Part shown: positions 54,162 through 59,454 of the stretch, piece by piece
How positions within the stretch are numbered: position 1 is the stretch's first letter
Layout: every line of letters starts with the position of its first letter
Source of the DNA: Acaryochloridaceae cyanobacterium VAR_48_metabat_390
Lineage (GTDB): Bacteria; Cyanobacteriota; Cyanobacteriia; Thermosynechococcales; Thermosynechococcaceae
NCBI GenBank assembly: GCA_031422435.1
Contig: JANPLU010000115.1
Span: 1-59,454, forward strand
Reading direction: 5' to 3'
Length of the DNA: 59,454 nt
Translations under genes and position numbers: made by a program
The notes under the pieces: model-generated
What the model saw: only the letters and a program-made list of their open reading frames with translations
Databases searched by the model: none
Told to the model about the DNA's origin: nothing

Positions 54162-55223
54162 ATGCGTTTTATTGATCAGGCCGAAGTTTACGTTAAAGGT
54201 GGAAAAGGAGGCGATGGCATGGTTGCCTTCCGCCGAGAAAAGTATGTGCCAGCAGGGGGACCCGCAGGGGGCAATGGGGGGAAAGGGGGCGCGGTTATTT
54301 TGCGGGCAGTGCATAACCTCCAAACGCTTTTAGACTTTAGATATGTCCATATTTTTGCGGCGGAAGACGGAACGCGGGGCGGCCCCAAAAACCTAACGGG
54401 AGCCTCTGGAAACGATTTGATTGTGGATGTGCCGTGCGGAACCGTGATCTATGACATGGATACGGACGAATGCATTGGGGATTTAACTGAGCCGAATCAA
54501 ATCCTGGTGATTGCTCAAGGGGGCAAAGGTGGCCTGGGCAATAAGCATTTTTTATCGAATCGCAATCGTGCGCCAGAACATGCTTTGCCAGGACTGCCAG
54601 GAGAAGAACATAGCCTTCGGCTAGAGCTAAAGCTGTTGGCGGAAGTGGGCATTATTGGACTGCCCAATGCGGGTAAGTCAACACTGATTTCGGTACTGTC
54701 GGCGGCACGGCCTAAAATTGCAGACTATCCGTTTACAACACTGGTGCCTAATTTGGGGGTTGTGCCTCACCCGAGTGGTGATGGGGTGGTGTTTGCGGAT
54801 ATCCCTGGGTTGATTGAAGGTGCCCATGCGGGGACTGGCCTAGGGCATGAGTTTTTGCGCCACATTGAGCGAACCCACGTTTTGGTGCATCTCATTGATG
54901 CGACGGCTCCAGACCCGTTACAAAACTATCAGGTGATTCAGCAGGAGCTGCTAGCTTACGGTCACGGGCTAGCGGAGCGCCCTCAAGTGGTGGCGCTGAA
55001 TAAAGCCGATGCGATCGCCCCAGAAACGCTAGAACAAATCCGTTTAGATCTTCAGCCCCACTGCAATTCTCATCTCTTTACAATTTCTGCCGTTGCCCAG
55101 CAGGGACTTGAAGCGCTTTTACAGCCGATCTGGATGGCGTTAGAACTTGCCAGAAAACAGTCTGCTGAGGCAAATAATGCCGTTTCTATTGCTCAACCGC
55201 TGCTGTCATCCCCCATCCAGTGA
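54162..55223 (+). CDS. obgE: GTPase ObgE
   Basis: Gly-rich Obg fold [34 protein letters not shown]. Confidence 0.97.
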   Translation: MRFIDQAEVYVKGGKGGDGMVAFRREKYVPAGGPAGGNGGKGGAVILRAVHNLQTLLDFRYVHIFAAEDGTRGGPKNLTGASGNDLIVDVPCGTVIYDMDTDECIGDLTEPNQILVIAQGGKGGLGNKHFLSNRNRAPEHALPGLPGEEHSLRLELKLLAEVGIIGLPNAGKSTLISVLSAARPKIADYPFTTLVPNLGVVPHPSGDGVVFADIPGLIEGAHAGTGLGHEFLRHIERTHVLVHLIDATAPDPLQNYQVIQQELLAYGHGLAERPQVVALNKADAIAPETLEQIRLDLQPHCNSHLFTISAVAQQGLEALLQPIWMALELARKQSAEANNAVSIAQPLLSSPIQ

Positions 55224-55316
55224 TTTCAGTATTAACTCGCAGGACAATGAAGGGTTTTTAGCGTAAGCGGGTATTCTAAGCACAATGAAGCACTGCAATC
55301 TGCGGAACCTCTAATA

Positions 55317-55964
55317 ATGCAAGACCCTCACGCCACCGAACCCAACACCCTGCTGTTGATCGATGACGATCCCAACCTTGTTCTGCTTGTTAAAGACTAT
55401 TTAGAGCTGAGGGGATATGTCGTCGTCACGGCTAAAAATGGTCGAGATGCCTTAAAAGCCCTTGAAAAAGAGATTCCTAACCTGATCATCTGCGATGTGA
55501 TGATGCCGGAGATGGATGGGTATGCGTTTGTCAAAAAGGTGCGAGAGAACCCTCAAACCAACTGGCTTCCTATTTTGTTTTTATCGGCAAAGGGGCAAAT
55601 TCAAGATCGGGTGGCGGGGTTGAGTAAGGGGGCAGATGTGTATATGGTGAAGCCCTTTGAGCCGGATGAACTGGTGGCTCAAATTGAGGCATCTCTGAAC
55701 CAGTCTTTACGGATGCGTCAATCTCAAGGCTCTGATGTGGGTACGGCTGTATCGGTTCAGGTACCTTTTGATGTTGAGCTAACGCCAACGGAGCAGCGGG
55801 TGATTCAGATGGTTGCCAAGGGCATGTCGAATCGAGAAATTGCAGAAAGCCTTAGCGTGAGCCAGCGCACGGTTGAAAGTCATGTGAGCAATATGTTGGG
55901 CAAAACAGGTCTACATAACCGGACTGAATTGGCTCGGTGGGCGATCGAGCAGCGCATGATTTAG
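55317..55964 (+). CDS. NarL/LuxR-family response regulator (resembles Rre1/OrrA type)
   Basis: REC domain (LIDDD, CDVMMP, KPF) plus HTH LTPTE...RTVESHVSN. Confidence 0.9.
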   Translation: MQDPHATEPNTLLLIDDDPNLVLLVKDYLELRGYVVVTAKNGRDALKALEKEIPNLIICDVMMPEMDGYAFVKKVRENPQTNWLPILFLSAKGQIQDRVAGLSKGADVYMVKPFEPDELVAQIEASLNQSLRMRQSQGSDVGTAVSVQVPFDVELTPTEQRVIQMVAKGMSNREIAESLSVSQRTVESHVSNMLGKTGLHNRTELARWAIEQRMI

Positions 55965-56030
55965 GGGTTTGGTTCTAAATCATTAATCTAAATAAATTTA
56001 GATTAATTGCAAATATATCTTTGATTGAAG

Positions 56031-56378
56031 ATGAAAATATCAAGATTAATGCTAGTAATTCTGGCTAATATGCTGACCTCGCTAAGTTCTTCGAGTGTAA
56101 TAGCACAGTTGAATTTTGCGCCGAGTAGTCAGCATAGATGTACTTATAAAGAAAACGGAAAGGTTATTGTTAAGGGCACATGTACAATTTATCGTAATCA
56201 TAACGGCTACTTTTACAGTATTCAATGGCCTGACTGTATTGGGACAGGTATTGACCGAGTTAATAGGCAGACAGTAATTATTGATAAGCTGAAAAAAGCT
56301 AGATTATCTTGGAATGAAACAGTTTACTATTTCAAGTGGGAAAATAAGGTAGCTATAATTGATCGATTTCCTATTTAA
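56031..56378 (+). CDS. AT-rich hypothetical exported protein
   Basis: Signal-like N-terminus; low GC relative to flanks. Confidence 0.5.
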   Translation: MKISRLMLVILANMLTSLSSSSVIAQLNFAPSSQHRCTYKENGKVIVKGTCTIYRNHNGYFYSIQWPDCIGTGIDRVNRQTVIIDKLKKARLSWNETVYYFKWENKVAIIDRFPI

Positions 56379-56385
56379 AAGTCAT

Positions 56386-56444
56386 GTAGGTTGGGTTGAG
56401 GTAATGAAACCCATGCCCAAAACAATTGCTCAAACCTATCCTAA
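56386..56444. repeat. degenerate GTAG-type REP doublet
   Basis: GTAGGTTGGGTTGAG...GAAACCCA plus an inverted CTCAAACCTATCCTA; related remnant at 57451-57487. Confidence 0.55.
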
Positions 56445-56481
56445 AAACTCGCTGCGCGCCCTGGTTAACTGGATGTTTCAG

Positions 56482-56790
56482 TTAGGCTAAATGAGCAAGC
56501 TGAGCTACAGGAATGTGACTATAAATTTCTTTGTTTTTTTCCTGAGCTTGACGTAAATCGTGCTGTGTCTGTAAATTCAGCCAGAACTGCGCGCTATTAC
56601 CAAAATATTTTGATAAACGCAGAGCTGTATCTGCTGTAATGCTGCGCTTTTCAGACAAAATTTCGCTAATTCGTGTCTGAGCTACATCAATATCTTTGCT
56701 TAGTCGATAGGAAGTAATGTTTAGTGGCTCCAAAAATTCTAGATGCAGAATTTCGCCAGGATGAATATTTGGTAGACTATTATTGTCCAT
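56482..56790 (-). CDS. higA: HigA family antitoxin
   Basis: HPGEIL..EFL, ITADTALRL, FWLNLQ. Confidence 0.93.
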   Translation of the reverse strand: MDNNSLPNIHPGEILHLEFLEPLNITSYRLSKDIDVAQTRISEILSEKRSITADTALRLSKYFGNSAQFWLNLQTQHDLRQAQEKNKEIYSHIPVAQLAHLA

Positions 56791-56800
56791 AGTTTTTTTC

Positions 56801-57085
56801 TCAATGGTAATCTACAATTTCAACTTGATTCGCATTGTTTTCATCTGTCCAGACAAAGCAAATTCGCCACTGATCGTTGATACGGATACTATATTGCCCC
56901 TTGCGATCGCCAAACAATTTCTCTAATCGATTTCCTGGTGGAATGCGCAAGTCGTCAATTGATATTGCTGCGTCAAGCAAGAGAAGCTTTTGTAAAGCGA
57001 TTCTTTGGATATCGTGTGGGTAATAGCGAGATGTAAAGCCATCAAAGATAAGCTTTGTCTCGTCAGACTTGAAGGTTACAAGCAC
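56801..57085 (-). CDS. higB: HigB (RelE-like) toxin
   Basis: LRIPPGNRLEKL, GQYSIRINDQWRICF, EIVDYH; GTG start at 57085. Confidence 0.93.
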   Translation of the reverse strand: MLVTFKSDETKLIFDGFTSRYYPHDIQRIALQKLLLLDAAISIDDLRIPPGNRLEKLFGDRKGQYSIRINDQWRICFVWTDENNANQVEIVDYH

Positions 57086-57228
57086 AATGCTACTGCGCAG
57101 CGTTACTATTGTCAAACAGTATTATGCTCTAATTTTGGCAATTAATCCAGTTAAATACTGTATGCAGTGGAATATAGGGATACGCGATCTTCATGCTTGT
57201 AATGCGGGTATACATATATTCAGGAGGC

Positions 57229-57442
57229 GCTCTCTTCGCCAAAGCCAGATTAAGCCAGCGCCTACACCGCTTGGTAGCAAAAGATTCGGAAGGTTTTGGG
57301 CAAGATTTTCTCCGGCGATCACCTTCATCAAAAACACAAACGCGCCCAGAAAGGCCGAACCTGTCAGAGCAACATAGAAAAAGCGCCTAAACCCTCTCCC
57401 AGCCGCTTCAGCGCGTAAGCGATCTAGTTGTTCTTTGTCGAG
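57229..57442 (-). pseudogene. start-less diverged copy (A) of the DUF3493-like gene
   Basis: Translates LDKEQLDRLRAEAAGRGFRRFFYVALTGSAFLGAFVFLMKVIAGENLAQNLPNLLLPSGVGAGLIWLWRRE; preceded by in-frame TAG; 6-nt deletion relative to the intact gene. Confidence 0.9.
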
Positions 57443-57515
57443 CTATATTTGTAGAACATGGCGAAACCCAACATAGTTCTAGGGTTTAACTTAAATTCTT
57501 CTCTAGGTCGAAAGG

Positions 57516-57701
57516 ATGAAGGTTAAAGAAGTAATCAAAATAATTGAAAGTGATGAGTGGTATCTCGTTCGGGTAAAAGGCAGTCATCGTCAATACAAAC
57601 ACCTGGCTAAGGCTGGATTAGTAACCGTTCCTGGCAAACTCAGCGATGACCTCGCACCAGGAACATTGAATAGTATCTTGAATCAAGCAGGTTTGAAGTG
57701 A
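57516..57701 (+). CDS. hicA: HicA family toxin
   Basis: KGSHRQYKH...VTVP...GTLNSILNQAGL. Confidence 0.93.
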   Translation: MKVKEVIKIIESDEWYLVRVKGSHRQYKHLAKAGLVTVPGKLSDDLAPGTLNSILNQAGLK

Positions 57702-57913
57702 TGCGGTATCTCACTATTATTGAAAAAACAGAAACTGGGTATTCAGCTTATTCGCCAGACTTATCAGGTTGTGTTTCAACAGGCGCAACCTATGAAGAAG
57801 TTGAGCAGAACATGCGCGAAGCGATAGAGTTTCATTTGGAAGGACTTAAACTAGAAGGATACGAAATTCCTAAGCCATCTACGTTATCTGCTTATATAGA
57901 AGTTGCTGCCTAA
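57698..57913 (+). CDS. hicB: HicB family antitoxin
   Basis: GYSAYSPDL.GCVSTG.T..E...MREAIEFHL. Confidence 0.93.
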   Translation: MMRYLTIIEKTETGYSAYSPDLSGCVSTGATYEEVEQNMREAIEFHLEGLKLEGYEIPKPSTLSAYIEVAA

Positions 57914-58036
57914 TCAAGATTTGAAAAATACAGTTTCATAATTCTGTCAACGGCTCGAAAATTTGTGCCGCTCAATGGAGTGAAATTGTTAAATTTTAGA
58001 AAAAAGAATATGTTAATGCTCAGTTTGCCCAATCCG

Positions 58037-58144
58037 TCACTTGGGGGGCTGCTCTCGTCGCTAAAGCCAGATTAAGCCAGCGCCTACGCTGCTTTGTAGT
58101 AAAAGATCCGGGAGGGTTTGGGCAAGGTCTTCTCCGGCGATCGC
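58037..58144 (-). pseudogene. 3'-half copy (B) of the DUF3493-like gene beginning at a HIP1 site
   Basis: AIAGEDLAQTLPDLLLQSSVGAGLIWL*RREQPPK*; homology starts exactly at GCGATCGC 58137-58144. Confidence 0.9.
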
Positions 58145-58184
58145 AGCTAAAATAAAGCAGTTAAATCAAGGCGAGGTCAACCTC

Positions 58185-58484
58185 ATGACAGCTCGACAAC
58201 ACTTCGACTCCGCTCAGCGTAAACCCCGCTATAGCAAAGAAGAGTTTGCCCAGAAGGGTGATACTCTGTACGATTCAGAGATTCGATCGCAAGTCGAAGA
58301 AGGCAATCATGGCAAGATTGTGGCGATTGACATTGAGACAGGAGCCTTTGAGTTTGCAGATGAGCTGCTGGCAGCATCGAAACACCTTTTATCGCGATTG
58401 CCAGATGCTCAGACATGGTTTGTTCGCCTTGGGCATCCAGCCGTTGATCACTTTGGCGCGCGGAGTTTGAGAACAATGCGATGA
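58185..58484 (+). CDS. small conserved hypothetical protein, partner of the aspartic protease
   Basis: PRYSKEEFA..G...GKIVAIDIETG pattern; ATGA overlap with the next gene. Confidence 0.8.
   Translation: MTARQHFDSAQRKPRYSKEEFAQKGDTLYDSEIRSQVEEGNHGKIVAIDIETGAFEFADELLAASKHLLSRLPDAQTWFVRLGHPAVDHFGARSLRTMR
58200..58223. repeat. 24-nt small dispersed element inserted in frame
   Basis: CACTTCGACTCCGCTCAGCGTAAA encodes HFDSAQRK between RQ and PRY. Confidence 0.6.
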
Positions 58485-58849
58485 TGTAAGGCATTGTGAA
58501 TCAGAGTTGTGAAGCAACGTTGCCAACTGTCATCAAAAATAATGCGACAACACAACTGGTAGATACCGTTATTGATACAGGATTTTCTGGCTTCCTAACC
58601 TTGCCATTCGATGTTATCTCGGCTCTGGGACTGAGTTGGGAAGGTCGTGATGTTGCGACATTGGGTGACGGAACCTCCTGCACTTTTGAGGTTTATACAG
58701 TGATCGTGATCTGGGATGGGCAATATCGCGAGATTTACGTCAACGAATCGGAAACCATTCCTTTAATTGGGATGCGATTATTGCGCGGCTACGATTTACG
58801 GATTCAAGCAATTGAATGGGGAATGGTTACGATTAAAGCCTTGAAGTAA
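58481..58849 (+). pseudogene. clan AA (retropepsin-like) aspartic protease with a nonsense codon at position 3
   Basis: VIDTGF and PLIGMRLL motifs; ATG ATG TAA GGC ATT GTG all in frame. Confidence 0.75.
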
Positions 58850-58888
58850 ACTCTGATAATGATTCGAAACCCTTTGCCACCGCTGCCG

Positions 58889-59137
58889 TTACTTTTTTAG
58901 AGACTGCTCTCGCCGCCAAAGCCAGATTAAGCCAGCACCTACACCACTTTGCAGCAGCAGATTCGGGAGGGTTTGAGCAAGGTCTTCGCCTGCGATCGCC
59001 TTCATCAAAAACACAAACGCCCCCAGAAAGGCAGAACCCGCCAGAGCGACATAGAAAAAGCTTCTAAATCCTCTCCCAGGCGCAGCCGCTTCAGCGCGTA
59101 AGCGATCCATCTGTTCTTTATCGAGTGGCTTTGACAT
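58889..59137 (-). CDS. DUF3493-like small membrane protein
   Basis: RLRAEAAAP.R.FR.FFY.A..GS..LG pattern with two TM segments. Confidence 0.8.
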   Translation of the reverse strand: MSKPLDKEQMDRLRAEAAAPGRGFRSFFYVALAGSAFLGAFVFLMKAIAGEDLAQTLPNLLLQSGVGAGLIWLWRREQSLKK

Positions 59138-59182
59138 AGAAAACAATTTTTTTTTCAGAGCAGGCAGAAGAGACTCTAATTC

Positions 59183-59454
59183 TTAATCTAAGGCAGCACC
59201 AGCAATCGTCGCTTGCCTTGTTTGCACAGAATTTACTGGCAGTTCAATCTGATTTAGAATTTCCACTAGCTCTCGCTCAAAGGCAATCTGAGCGCGATTG
59301 GTACGACCACCCACAAAAAGCGTTTCCCCTTCAATGAGTGCCCACACCTGAGAGTGCGAGACATAGCTCATTAACACGCTTAGCATCAGCAGGCCAAACC
59401 CAGTGTAAACAAAGGGAATACCAGGATCTGCCTTAATTTGCAGCCCTGTACTGC
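59183..59454 (-). CDS. ccs1: cytochrome c biogenesis protein Ccs1/ResB, 3' part
   Basis: [23 protein letters not shown]...[10 protein letters not shown]...GGRTNRA; open to the window end. Confidence 0.92.
   Translation of the reverse strand, partial: STGLQIKADPGIPFVYTGFGLLMLSVLMSYVSHSQVWALIEGETLFVGGRTNRAQIAFERELVEILNQIELPVNSVQTRQATIAGAALD

Larger units (their letters stand above)
2030..58999. repeat. HIP1 octamer GCGATCGC dispersed through the window (coordinates span the first and last copies noted)
   Basis: Many exact copies, e.g. 2030-2037, 58137-58144, 58992-58999; hallmark of cyanobacterial DNA. Confidence 0.95.

Noticed and set aside
57069..57390. + strand ORFs 57069-57377 and 57193-57390
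   Set aside because: Antisense to pseudogene copy A and the higB promoter region; no coding signal of their own
57193..58150. Repeats at 57229, 58037 and 58900 considered as a CRISPR array or IS ends
   Set aside because: They are 100-210 nt gene-derived copies that translate as DUF3493-like protein; there is no regular spacing, cas gene or transposase

Overview
Chromosomal window from a cyanobacterium, as shown by abundant HIP1 octamers (GCGATCGC), chlH, ccs1 and a PSII S4-domain gene. Most of it is core genes: mutL, fumC, a four-gene minor-pilin cluster directly upstream of pilMNOQ, gatA, cobN, comM, chlH, pheA, rpsL-rpsG-fusA-tuf-rpsJ, murC-murB and obgE. Two small AT-rich accessory islands (about 29.4-33.9 kb and 56.0-58.9 kb) hold a fused restriction-modification enzyme and several toxin-antitoxin-type cassettes. 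The strongest leads: (1) a catalytically degenerate EAL domain fused to an intact WecB/TagA/CpsF glycosyltransferase behind a perfect GGGAATACT (SigJ/SigF-type) box, a candidate c-di-GMP-gated polysaccharide enzyme; (2) an integrase-free cassette array in which TA-type modules are separated by diverged leftover copies of the neighbouring DUF3493-like gene, one starting exactly at a HIP1 site, with a similar chimeric junction scar in the other island, suggesting transformation-driven, homology-anchored accretion; (3) small palindromic or dispersed elements inserted in frame in cobN and in a cassette gene; (4) a probable Yfr1 sRNA target site over the murC ribosome-binding site. No tRNA, rRNA, CRISPR array, transposase or integrase was recognised. 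All family assignments come from motif recognition by eye, not from database searches.
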